IMG/VR virus record: IMGVR_UViG_3300027631_000002 | Location: 64,001-128,000 of that record | Reading direction: 5' to 3' (one strand) | DNA length: 64,000 nt | Origin: a virus | Shown: piece after piece, positions 1 through 8,477 of the stretch | How the letters are laid out: every line of letters starts with the position of its first letter | How positions within the stretch are numbered: position 1 is the stretch's first letter | Notes under the pieces: generated by a model | The model's database searches: none | The model's input: only the letters and a program-made list of their open reading frames with translations | What the model was told of the DNA's origin: nothing | Translations under genes and position numbers: made by a program

Positions 1-483
1 ATCTGGTACTGTTGCACCAGTTGGTAACTTAATTGATTTATCAGAAAAGATAAGTTTTATCTCAACATCAACTTTATAACTTTTGGCTACTTTTCTTTCA
101 TATACTTCTAAAAATCTCCAAGTACCTCTATTTAAGTATTGATTTTGTAATGTACAGTTTAGATAAGTAAATGTTTTAAACAACATTACTTTATCACAGT
201 TAAAGTCTGCGGCGGGTGCACAATGTCCTTTGTCATATATGTTTGTTTCATAATCTTTTGCATCAGATGTCTTATAAAGCTTTTCAGTATAGAATTCCAT
301 ACCCTGTCTTGATGCTTTACCATCTTGACAAAGTACACGGTACTTAACTCTCAATGGTTGTTCAAATTTTTCTGAATAACTGACTTCAAAAATATCTGTT
401 TTAACTAACACACTATCTCTAACAACTTGAGAATGGCTCATGAGTGTTGTCATAAATAAGAAAATCGATAATAATTTCTTCAT
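1..483 (-). CDS. DNA/RNA non-specific endonuclease (His-Me finger, NucA/EndoG-like) with signal peptide; runs off the left edge
   Basis: Not in the ORF track. Manual translation from ATG at 483: MKKLLSIFLFMTTLMSHSQVV...YDKGHCAPAADF...LNCTLQNQYLNRGTWRFLE. DxGH and N..Q...LN.G.W are the family motifs. Confidence 0.85.
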   Translation of the reverse strand, partial: MKKLLSIFLFMTTLMSHSQVVRDSVLVKTDIFEVSYSEKFEQPLRVKYRVLCQDGKASRQGMEFYTEKLYKTSDAKDYETNIYDKGHCAPAADFNCDKVMLFKTFTYLNCTLQNQYLNRGTWRFLEVYERKVAKSYKVDVEIKLIFSDKSIKLPTGATVPD

Positions 484-534
484 TGTTTTTTATTTTTTTA
501 ACTTATTATATATTAAGTTTTAATATATAATAAT

Positions 535-696
535 ATGAAGATAATAGGTATGACTTTAATTGTGATTTCCTTAGTGATTGGAATATTGGTTGATAACAAC
601 TATTTTATAGAAATTAGACTTCCTATATTTAGTTCCTTTATTATATTCCTATTAGGAATATATCTTCTTATAGATAAAGATCAATTTACCACATAA
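535..696 (+). CDS. small membrane protein (53 aa, two hydrophobic segments)
   Basis: Manual translation MKIIGMTLIVISLVIGILVDNNYFIEIRLPIFSSFIIFLLGIYLLIDKDQFTT; TAATATATA at 521-529 lies just upstream. Confidence 0.55.
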   Translation: MKIIGMTLIVISLVIGILVDNNYFIEIRLPIFSSFIIFLLGIYLLIDKDQFTT

Positions 697-845
697 ATAA
701 TCACTTTACTATGTTCTTTAATAAATTTAAGTTCACCATAAAATCCTAGTTCTTTGGCTTTTTGTTCATACTTATCATAAATCTCATCAAAGTTATTATC
801 AACAACTTTAACTTTTTCAATTCCTAGTTTTTTTAATAGTTCCAT
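681..845 (-). CDS. hypothetical protein (54 aa)
   Basis: Manual translation MELLKKLGIEKVKVVDNNFDEIYDKYEQKAKELGFYGELKFIKEHSKVIIYVVN; fills the gap between neighbours. Confidence 0.55.
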   Translation of the reverse strand: MELLKKLGIEKVKVVDNNFDEIYDKYEQKAKELGFYGELKFIKEHSKVIIYVVN

Positions 846-866
846 ATTGTATATATTTTATATTTC

Positions 867-892
867 AACTCCTAAGAATAATTTCATATAAT
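867..892 (+). promoter_or_regulatory. putative middle-type promoter AACW-N16/17-TATA
   Basis: AACT-N16-TATAAT. Confidence 0.5.
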
Positions 893-896
893 TATT

Positions 897-1406
897 ATGA
901 AATTAAAAGTTTACATTTCCGGATACGGTGCTGAAGTTACTCAAGGAACTTTAACAAATGAGAAGGTTGAAAAGATATATGAAATTCATGATTCATTAGA
1001 AGAATACTTTAGTCAATATGTTGATGATGATTTTAGTTGGTATGAGATTGATGATAACTTTCATTGCTCTGCTGCTTATTTAGATGAATCTTCTATTCAA
1101 ATTATTGACGAAGAGGGTTCAACTATATATGAAAGACCTTGTGATGAATTGATTTATGATCAAGTAATAACAGAACCTATTTATTCTACAGATGAGAAAT
1201 GTGCTATTACCTGTGTATCTACTGAAAAGGGTACTTTTTTTGAAGGAGATTTTGAAATTGAAGAATTTGATCCAGAGTTACTTACTTTGAAAATTAAAAG
1301 ATTGGAAAGTTTTAAAATGGTTTCTGAAGTATTCTATAATGGTGAGAAGATACCTGGGGATTTTGTTTTCTCAAATGGAAAAGACTTCAATGTTTATATT
1401 GACTAG
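897..1406 (+). CDS. hypothetical acidic protein
   Basis: 169-aa ORF with AACT-N16-TATAAT upstream. Confidence 0.75.
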   Translation: MKLKVYISGYGAEVTQGTLTNEKVEKIYEIHDSLEEYFSQYVDDDFSWYEIDDNFHCSAAYLDESSIQIIDEEGSTIYERPCDELIYDQVITEPIYSTDEKCAITCVSTEKGTFFEGDFEIEEFDPELLTLKIKRLESFKMVSEVFYNGEKIPGDFVFSNGKDFNVYID

Positions 1407-1407
1407 T

Positions 1408-2076
1408 CTATTTTAGAGGTATCTCGGGAGTAATATCAAAATTATCATTAAGATAGATCTTTAACTCATTTTCGATATAATGTTCTGGTACAACCTTGTC
1501 ATTATCTTCTTTACCCATCTTATCACTAATAAATGTTGTAAATTCATCAATCACTTCTGGTTTGAGTGCTTCAATCAATCTGTCTGATACTACAAATGCT
1601 CTTGAGAATCTATCCTTTAAATTTATTTGACCTTCTGGTAGCATCATATAAGTATCAATTGTCTTTTTTAAAAAGTCTGTATATTTAGATTGTGGTTCTA
1701 AATAAGTAAATATTGTATCAAATATCCTATGTACTAAACGAGAAGAACCAAATATAGTACCTATAATTGCAAGTACTGGAAAAAATGGTGCTAATGATAA
1801 TGGAATTGCCATTGGTAAGATATTAAATATATTCTTTTTAAGTGTTGTTCTTTTTTTTGCTTTTATAGCATCTTTAAAAATAGCATTAAGTATTCCAAAT
1901 GTAAAATTATCACCTTTACTGTGTAAATAAGTTGCTAGATGTCCATGTTTAGATAAAGTAACTTGTCTGTCTAGTTCTTCTTTATCTGTCACACCTATAC
2001 TGATAAGATATTCTCTTATATTTCTATCATGTTTCTCAAGAATCAGAAAATCGTTATATTTTTTTACTTTAGTCAT
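1408..2076 (-). CDS. hypothetical protein with capsid-targeting-like leader and a central hydrophobic segment
   Basis: Starts MTKVKKYNDFLILE; hydrophobic stretch ILPMAIPLSLAPFFPVLAIIGTIFG. Confidence 0.7.
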   Translation of the reverse strand: MTKVKKYNDFLILEKHDRNIREYLISIGVTDKEELDRQVTLSKHGHLATYLHSKGDNFTFGILNAIFKDAIKAKKRTTLKKNIFNILPMAIPLSLAPFFPVLAIIGTIFGSSRLVHRIFDTIFTYLEPQSKYTDFLKKTIDTYMMLPEGQINLKDRFSRAFVVSDRLIEALKPEVIDEFTTFISDKMGKEDNDKVVPEHYIENELKIYLNDNFDITPEIPLK

Positions 2077-2109
2077 ATTAAATTACTGCTTGTTTTCAAT
2101 GTATATAAA

Positions 2110-2135
2110 AACAAAGATTATTTTTTTACTATATA
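2110..2135 (+). promoter_or_regulatory. putative middle-type promoter
   Basis: AACA-N16-TATATA before gp52. Confidence 0.45.
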
Positions 2136-2142
2136 TAAAATT

Positions 2143-3486
2143 ATGATAACAGAAAAAACGATTTCAGATTTTCTTTCATGTGAGTATAAAGAATTCGCAA
2201 TGTATTCAATCGAAGGTAGAGCAATACCATCAGTTGTTGATGGTTTTAAGCCAACTCAAAGAAAAATTATTCACATATCCAACCAAATATGGCGAACAGG
2301 TAATGAGAAGAACCTAAAAGTATTTCAACTAGCTGGTAAAGTAGCATCCGATGCATTTTATCATCACGGTAATACTTCATTAGAAAATGCTATTGTTACA
2401 ATGGCACAAAAATTTAAAAATAATGCTGCTTTATTAGAGGAAGATGGACAATTTGGTTCATTACGTTCTCCGCAACCAGGTGCCGCAAGATATATTGGAA
2501 CAAAGTTAAGTGATAATTTTAGATTGATTTACAAAGATTTTGATCTACTTGAATATAAACAAGAAGAAGGTGAAACAATTGAACCTAAATACTTTTTACC
2601 AATTATTCCAACAGTATTATTAAATGGTTCAAGTGGTATTGCAGTAGGATTTGCTTCTAATGTGTTAAATAGAGACATTAAAAGCATTATTGATACATGT
2701 GTGAGAGTTATTGAGGGTAAAAAAATAATGAGTATTAAACCTTCTTTAAACGAGTTTACTGGTGAATTCATACAAGATAAAGAAAATCCTAAAAGATGGA
2801 TAATTAGAGGATTATTTCAAAGAGTAAATACTTCAACTGTAAGAATAACAGAATTACCACCTTCTATGACTTATGAAAAGTATGAAGAGATACTAGATAA
2901 ACTAGTTGATAACAAAGATATTGTATCATATGATGATAATTGTAAAGATAATATAGATTATACAATTAAATTTCAGAGAGCTATTTTAGAAGGTATTGAT
3001 GATACTGCAATGATTAAGTTATTAAAGTTAGAGGAGTCATCGACCGAAATATTTACAACACTTGACGAATTTGGTAAATTAAAAATATTTGAAACATCAG
3101 AAGAGATAATAGAATACTTCACTAAATTTAGATTAAATTATTATGATATAAGAAAACAACATAGTTTGGATAAACTTAATAGAGAATTAAAGATATTAAG
3201 TAATAGAGGTAGATTTATTAAAGCTATTTTAGATGAGAAATTAAAAATAAATAATGTTTCTAAAACGGAAATTATAACAAATATAGAAACACTCGGTTTA
3301 GAACAAATAGATGATTCTTATGATTATTTATTGAGAATGCCACTTTACTCTTTAACAAAAGAGTTGTTTGAAAAAATGAAACAGGACTTCACTGCAAAAA
3401 AAGAAGAAATTAAAATATTAGAATCTACTGATCCAAAAGATATGTATCTACTAGATTTAAGTGAATTAAAAAAGAAGTTTAAATAG
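2143..3486 (+). CDS. gp52: DNA topoisomerase II medium subunit (GyrA/ParC-like)
   Basis: RAIPSVVDGFKPTQRK, YHHG, GQFGS and AARY (catalytic Tyr). Start moved from 2029 to the ATG at 2143. Confidence 0.95.
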   Translation: MITEKTISDFLSCEYKEFAMYSIEGRAIPSVVDGFKPTQRKIIHISNQIWRTGNEKNLKVFQLAGKVASDAFYHHGNTSLENAIVTMAQKFKNNAALLEEDGQFGSLRSPQPGAARYIGTKLSDNFRLIYKDFDLLEYKQEEGETIEPKYFLPIIPTVLLNGSSGIAVGFASNVLNRDIKSIIDTCVRVIEGKKIMSIKPSLNEFTGEFIQDKENPKRWIIRGLFQRVNTSTVRITELPPSMTYEKYEEILDKLVDNKDIVSYDDNCKDNIDYTIKFQRAILEGIDDTAMIKLLKLEESSTEIFTTLDEFGKLKIFETSEEIIEYFTKFRLNYYDIRKQHSLDKLNRELKILSNRGRFIKAILDEKLKINNVSKTEIITNIETLGLEQIDDSYDYLLRMPLYSLTKELFEKMKQDFTAKKEEIKILESTDPKDMYLLDLSELKKKFK

Positions 3487-3516
3487 TTGAACATTGAATT
3501 TTTTTCACTATATTTG
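3487..3516 (+). promoter_or_regulatory. Bacteroidota-type housekeeping promoter (TTG-N19-TAnnTTTG)
   Basis: TTG at 3487-3489, TATATTTG at 3509-3516, ATG at 3536. Confidence 0.65.
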
Positions 3517-3535
3517 TAAAAATTATATAATAGAA

Positions 3536-4804
3536 ATGAAAGAACAACTAAGTCAACTTATAAATGAAAGATCTCCTGGATCTAAACCAATCTTTTTGGT
3601 TGTTAGGGGATCACATGCATATGGAACTAATATAGAAACTTCCGATACTGACTACGCAGGTGTATTTATCCAATCATTGGATGATATTCTTGGTAGTAAA
3701 TACAAACAACAAGTAAATGATGATACTAATGATACTGTAATCTATGAGTTACGTAGATTTTTAGAATTACTATCTAGTAATAATCCAACTGTTTTAGAAT
3801 TACTTAATACTCCAGAGGAATGTATTATCTATAAAGATCCTATTTTTGATCTAATATTAGAGAATAGAGAACAATTTATTACTAAAATCTGTGCTAATTC
3901 TTTCGGTGGTTATGCAAAAGCTCAAATTGGTAAAGCAAAAGGTCAAAATAAAAAACAAAACTGGGAAAAGGATAAAGTAACTCGTAAAGACTTGCTTGAC
4001 TTTTGTTATGTTATTCAAGGAACAAAAGCAATTCCATGGAAAAAATGGAATGATGGTAGATTTGATGAAAGATTTATTGGTGCAGTAAATGTTCCATATG
4101 CAAAAGATGTTTATACTTTATTCTACGATAGTGAAGGTGATATGATGTTCTCTGGAAAAGAGAAAAAAGAGTTGAGTGATATGATGATTCAACAACGTAA
4201 AGATGCTGGTCTTGCATTAGGTCTTGGTTATAAAGGATTAGTTAAAGTAGGTACAACTACTATTGATAGAAGTAAACTTACTAATATGACTGATGAACAA
4301 ATTGATAGACTTGAGTTAGTTTTTCAAAAAGAGGCTGAGAAAAACTTAGGTGTATCAAATCAATTGAGATTATCATCAATTCCAAAAGGTCAAGAACCAT
4401 TTTGTACTATTACTTATAACAAAGATGGTTATTCAGAACACTGTAAAGACTTTAGAGAGTATGAAGAATGGTTATCAAAGAGAAATCTTCAAAGATGGGT
4501 GGATGTTAAGTCTCACGGTCAACAAATTGATGGTAAGAATATGATGCACTGTCGTAGATTGATGGATATGGCTCGTGAGATTGCAGAGGGTAAAGGTATT
4601 CTTGTTAAGAGAGATAATGCACAAGAACTTCTTGCAATTAGAAGAGGTGAAATAGATTTACAAACTTTGATTGATCATGTTGAAAGCGAGATTAAAGAAG
4701 TAGATACTTTGTTTAAAGAATCAAATTTACCAGAAAAGGTAGATGAAAATTTTATAAATAGTTTATTAGTAAAAATTAGAAAATCAGTTTATGGTATACA
4801 ATAA
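3536..4804 (+). CDS. predicted nucleotidyltransferase (Pol-beta fold, YcgL/RlaP-like)
   Basis: GSHAYG...SDTDY, NNPTVLELL and DGKNMMHCRRL motifs. Start moved to ATG 3536, downstream of TATATTTG. Confidence 0.85.
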   Translation: MKEQLSQLINERSPGSKPIFLVVRGSHAYGTNIETSDTDYAGVFIQSLDDILGSKYKQQVNDDTNDTVIYELRRFLELLSSNNPTVLELLNTPEECIIYKDPIFDLILENREQFITKICANSFGGYAKAQIGKAKGQNKKQNWEKDKVTRKDLLDFCYVIQGTKAIPWKKWNDGRFDERFIGAVNVPYAKDVYTLFYDSEGDMMFSGKEKKELSDMMIQQRKDAGLALGLGYKGLVKVGTTTIDRSKLTNMTDEQIDRLELVFQKEAEKNLGVSNQLRLSSIPKGQEPFCTITYNKDGYSEHCKDFREYEEWLSKRNLQRWVDVKSHGQQIDGKNMMHCRRLMDMAREIAEGKGILVKRDNAQELLAIRRGEIDLQTLIDHVESEIKEVDTLFKESNLPEKVDENFINSLLVKIRKSVYGIQ

Positions 4805-5426
4805 CGTTTCAATTATCGCAATTATTATAGGGTTCTTTTGTTTAGGATATTTATTTAATAATCTTTTAAGAAAGATTATTGATGGGTATAATGATGGTAA
4901 GTATAAAAAAGAAATTACGGATATTTTTCAAAATGTATTGGATAATCTTTATACAAATAAGACAAGTTTTATTAGTAGAATCAATAACACTGTTACTATT
5001 ATGACTGAACTAAATGAGGTAGGTGTGGTAAATGTTGTTTATCTAATGGATAGACGTGATATAGCTATATTCAAAGGAGATAAATGTATATATACATCAG
5101 ACTCAATAGATAAGTCAGTGGTCGATGAAATAATTGTGGGTGTGGATGTTTTCTATAAACATGAGATAAATGATGTCGTAAATGTAATGGGTATGGTTTT
5201 CTCTCGTGATGAATTTGAGAATAAGTTCAAAATAAAAGTAGAAGATATGAAGAAGGGTATGTTTGGTGGTTTTCCTAAAGAAGAAATGTCAGATATTGAA
5301 AAAATAAAAAGACAAAATGAGATAAAGTTTAATATAGATGATATATTAGATAGAATTACATCTGTTGGTATTGAAAATCTTACACCAGAGGAAAAAAGAT
5401 TTTTAGATAGCTATAACAATGAATAA
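4791..5426 (+). CDS. membrane-anchored protein with C-terminal DUF6576-like motif
   Basis: N-terminal TM; C-terminal IDDILDRITSVGIENLTPEEKRFLD. Confidence 0.7.
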   Translation: MVYNNVSIIAIIIGFFCLGYLFNNLLRKIIDGYNDGKYKKEITDIFQNVLDNLYTNKTSFISRINNTVTIMTELNEVGVVNVVYLMDRRDIAIFKGDKCIYTSDSIDKSVVDEIIVGVDVFYKHEINDVVNVMGMVFSRDEFENKFKIKVEDMKKGMFGGFPKEEMSDIEKIKRQNEIKFNIDDILDRITSVGIENLTPEEKRFLDSYNNE

Positions 5427-5760
5427 TCTAGAATTAAATGGATTTAACTCTAATTTTGGTGATTTTAAAATAGTATCTATTTTAAGTGATTATGAAAGTC
5501 ATTGGATATTGGGTTTAACTTCTATTATTCTTGAAAAAGATAGTTTATATTTTTTTATTCAAGATGATAAAGAGAAAATTAGTGATGTTTCTAAGATGCC
5601 GATTTATATAAAAGAGGATTGGATAAATTATAATAAAAATGATTTAAGTTTAGATATTATAAATAAACATATTAAGTATTATAAAAATGATGATGAAGAT
5701 ATGTTTAACTTGCTAATGACAATACGAAGAGATTTTATACTTACAAAGTATATTAAATAA
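5419..5760 (+). CDS. hypothetical protein
   Basis: 113-aa ORF coupled to the upstream gene and followed by a terminator. Confidence 0.7.
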   Translation: MNNLELNGFNSNFGDFKIVSILSDYESHWILGLTSIILEKDSLYFFIQDDKEKISDVSKMPIYIKEDWINYNKNDLSLDIINKHIKYYKNDDEDMFNLLMTIRRDFILTKYIK

Positions 5761-5790
5761 AAAAAACCACTCAATGAGTGGTTTTTCTTT
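5761..5790. terminator. bidirectional intrinsic terminator
   Basis: AAAAACCACTC-AAT-GAGTGGTTTTT between convergent genes. Confidence 0.85.
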
Positions 5791-5801
5791 TATTATTAAG
5801 A

Positions 5802-6323
5802 TTAAAGTGGTAATTCTTCCTCTTCATCCTCTTCTTGAGCTTGTCCTTGTGCAGGTTCTTGAGCTTGTCCTTGTGGTTGAGCTTGTCCTTGTGTAGGTTC
5901 TTCAAATTCTCCTTCTGTAGGTTCTTGAGCTTGTGGTTGAGCTTCAGTTTGTACTTGTGGTTGAGCTTGTGCTTGAGGTTCAGTCTGTGCTTGAGGTTCA
6001 GTCTGTACTTGAACTTGTCCTTGTGTTTGTGCTTGTGTTTGACCACCCATTATAGCACCACCAGGAATCTTATCTATATCTAAGAAAGTAGTTGTTACAT
6101 ATTTAATAATTTCTTCGGCAATATCTACATCACCAAAAAATTGACGTAAGTTTTTACCTGTAGTATCTTTTACTTTTTTAACATAAGCGTTTATTAAAGA
6201 TTGAGGTAAGTCAATCATAGTTTTTACTTTATAAAGATCGTTAACTTGGAAAACAGATTCTTTGATAATCTCTTCTCTATTTTTTTGAATACGAAATTTT
6301 TCAAATGCTTTAACGTGTTTCAT
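5802..6323 (-). CDS. leader-bearing protein with Gln/Glu/Pro/Ala low-complexity tail
   Basis: Starts MKHVKAFEKF; EPQAQ/QGQAQ repeats; TAATATATA upstream. Confidence 0.75.
   Translation of the reverse strand: MKHVKAFEKFRIQKNREEIIKESVFQVNDLYKVKTMIDLPQSLINAYVKKVKDTTGKNLRQFFGDVDIAEEIIKYVTTTFLDIDKIPGGAIMGGQTQAQTQGQVQVQTEPQAQTEPQAQAQPQVQTEAQPQAQEPTEGEFEEPTQGQAQPQGQAQEPAQGQAQEEDEEEELPL
5830..6050 (-). repeat. degenerate coding tandem repeats (GAACCTCAAGCA/CAAGCTCAA-type units)
   Basis: Repeated cttgagcttgt/gcttgaggttcagt units encoding QAQ/EPQ. Confidence 0.8.
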
Positions 6324-6348
6324 GTTTTTGTTTATTTTTTATATGATT

Positions 6349-6357
6349 TATATATTA
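6349..6357 (-). promoter_or_regulatory. putative late promoter TAATATATA
   Basis: Exact motif upstream of a leader-bearing gene. Confidence 0.6.
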
Positions 6358-6391
6358 AGAATAAAAAGCCATTTTTTGTATTTTTTATAAA

Positions 6392-6901
6392 TTATTGAAT
6401 AATACCCAATGCGGCCAGTACTAATCCTATTATTACTACAGATCCACCTATTCCACCTACAACCATCTTTGTTTTTAGTCTTGATAATTGACTATTTTTC
6501 TCATCAATTACTTTTTGTCTATTGACTATTTCTGTTTCTAGTATTTTATTTTTTTGCATCCAAGCAAGTATCTCACCTTGTAGAGCTTTAATTTTATCAT
6601 CTTTTACTAAAATTTGTCCGTCTAATTTTTTAACAACAATATCTAGTTTGGTGATTGCCTTATTCTTTTCATCAATTACTTTTAATGTTAGTGTCTCATA
6701 ATCTTTCATTTCTTCTGCCAACTTTTCAAATTTTTCTAAAATATTTGAATTATTATTAAGATGCATCGCTTGTGGAATAGTCATTATTATTACTTTTTGA
6801 CCAAGTGAATCAACCTCAAACTTTGGATATTCTATTTGCTTACCCTGTGAAAACATTGTTGTAAAAACTAATGTTATTAGTATTGTAAATAATTTTCTCA
6901 T
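6392..6901 (-). CDS. exported coiled-coil protein with C-terminal TM anchor (spanin-like partner?)
   Basis: Signal peptide ending TMFS|Q, heptad repeats, C-terminal VVGGIGGSVVIIGLVLAALGII; no lipobox Cys. Confidence 0.65.
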   Translation of the reverse strand: MRKLFTILITLVFTTMFSQGKQIEYPKFEVDSLGQKVIIMTIPQAMHLNNNSNILEKFEKLAEEMKDYETLTLKVIDEKNKAITKLDIVVKKLDGQILVKDDKIKALQGEILAWMQKNKILETEIVNRQKVIDEKNSQLSRLKTKMVVGGIGGSVVIIGLVLAALGIIQ

Positions 6902-6920
6902 TTTTATTTTTATTTTTAAG

Positions 6921-7511
6921 TTACTTAGTAATAATTATCAAAGTTTGTCCTGTTTGTAAACCATTCGCCAAAAACTTATTTTGTTCAATTATTTCAGTTA
7001 TACTTACATTATATAGCTTTGATAAAGAATATAATGTTTCATGTTTTAGTACTTTATGTCTAATTTCTGTTGGTTTATCTACTTTTTGAATCTCTTTTGT
7101 TGTTGTATTTTTTACTAAATCTTTTAAAAGTTCCTCATCAGTTAGAACTTTTGGATTATTTTTCAACTCTTCAATTTCTCTTCGTGTCTGAGCCATATCT
7201 CCTTTTATACTGGAAAGTTCTGACTCAAATTTCGCAGCCATTGCTCTTGCAATCATTACTTCTTTTTTTGCATTGGTAACTTCTATTATCAATTTCTTAT
7301 CTTCTATATCTTTTAGTCGGTATACCTCCTGCCAAGCAGCAACTTTTTCTTCTGCAATTTTTTTCTCTGCTTCTAATTTTTTATAATCTCTTTCAAGTTG
7401 TTTAACTCTTTCTTTTGATTCAGAAAAACCACCGAAGTACCAAGTAAGTCCAAAACCAACTGTTGATATTAGTAAAAATAAAATTAGAATTATATTAAAG
7501 TTAAGTTTCAT
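6921..7511 (-). CDS. N-terminally anchored coiled-coil protein with C-terminal LysM domain
   Basis: N-terminal TM, long coiled coil, then HKVLKHETLYSLSKLYNVSITEI...LQTGQTLII (LysM consensus). Confidence 0.8.
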   Translation of the reverse strand: MKLNFNIILILFLLISTVGFGLTWYFGGFSESKERVKQLERDYKKLEAEKKIAEEKVAAWQEVYRLKDIEDKKLIIEVTNAKKEVMIARAMAAKFESELSSIKGDMAQTRREIEELKNNPKVLTDEELLKDLVKNTTTKEIQKVDKPTEIRHKVLKHETLYSLSKLYNVSITEIIEQNKFLANGLQTGQTLIIITK

Positions 7512-7619
7512 ATTTTTTCATTGTTTTTTATTATATATTAAATTTTTTTAGTCTGGCTAGTAATTCTACTAAAACATATAATAATACTAATAATAGTTTA
7601 TATATTAAATTTTTTTATA

Positions 7620-7627
7620 TATATTTG
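7620..7627 (+). promoter_or_regulatory. Bacteroidota-type -7 element
   Basis: TATATTTG 20 nt before the HAD-clpS operon. Confidence 0.6.
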
Positions 7628-7647
7628 TATAAAATTTTATAGAAAAT

Positions 7648-8160
7648 ATGGAAATAAAAAAATTGATATGTTTTGACTTTGATGATACTCTTTGTCATAC
7701 CCTTAAACCAGAGGAAGGTAAACCTATCTGGAAAGAAAAATTTGGTACAGATTGGCCTTATAAAGGATGGTGGTCGAAGCCAGAAACTTTGGACTTAGAT
7801 ACTTTTGATACAAAAATAAACCCTTATGTTTACCAAGAATATCTTAAAGCCGTTTCTGATCCTGATAACTATGTTTTTTGTGCAACAGGTCGTATTGAAA
7901 AATTAAGAACTGAAGTGGAAAAAGTTTTACATAAACTAAATTTATCATTCGATGCTCTATATTTAAACAATGGTGGAGACACCTTTACTTTTAAAAGTAG
8001 ATTATTTGAAAAACTAATTAGTGAATTGCAACCAGAGGAATTCATCATGTATGATGATAGATTTGAGCATCTAGTTGAATTTGAAAAATGGACGGAAACT
8101 ATTGATTGTAAAATCACTATAATAGATGTAATAAACAAAACAACAAAAACATTCAATTAA
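7648..8160 (+). CDS. HAD-superfamily phosphatase (PNKP/RNA-repair type)
   Basis: Motif I FDFDDTL, motif II ATGR, motif IV YDDR. Confidence 0.85.
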   Translation: MEIKKLICFDFDDTLCHTLKPEEGKPIWKEKFGTDWPYKGWWSKPETLDLDTFDTKINPYVYQEYLKAVSDPDNYVFCATGRIEKLRTEVEKVLHKLNLSFDALYLNNGGDTFTFKSRLFEKLISELQPEEFIMYDDRFEHLVEFEKWTETIDCKITIIDVINKTTKTFN

Positions 8161-8161
8161 A

Positions 8162-8446
8162 ATGCCAACTATTACTAAGAAAAAAACACAGTCTAAAGTA
8201 CAAGAGATTTTATCTAAACCTTATAAACTAATAGTTCATAATGATGATTACAATTCATTTGACCACGTTATTAGTTGTCTAATGAAAGTTTGTGATCATG
8301 AATATGAACAAGCTACACAGTGTGCTCACATAATTCATAATAGTGGAAAATGTGATGTTAAATATGGTGATTTAGAAACCATTTCAGAAATGAAAAATAA
8401 ACTAAGAGGAGCGGGACTCTCTGCTACCATGGAAGTGAATGAATAA
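8162..8446 (+). CDS. clpS: ATP-dependent Clp protease adaptor ClpS
   Basis: YKLIVHNDDYNSFDHV...AHIIHNSGKCDV is the ClpS core. Confidence 0.9.
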   Translation: MPTITKKKTQSKVQEILSKPYKLIVHNDDYNSFDHVISCLMKVCDHEYEQATQCAHIIHNSGKCDVKYGDLETISEMKNKLRGAGLSATMEVNE

Positions 8447-8476
8447 AAAAAAGACATCTTTAAGATGTCTTTTTTT
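8447..8476. terminator. bidirectional intrinsic terminator
   Basis: AAAAAAGACATCT-TTA-AGATGTCTTTTTT. Confidence 0.85.
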
Positions 8477-8477
8477 A

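Noticed and set aside
5830-6050. Repetitive DNA as a possible CRISPR array
   Set aside because: Units are degenerate, in frame and have no unique spacers; they encode a Q/E/P-rich tail. No CRISPR array was seen anywhere in the window.
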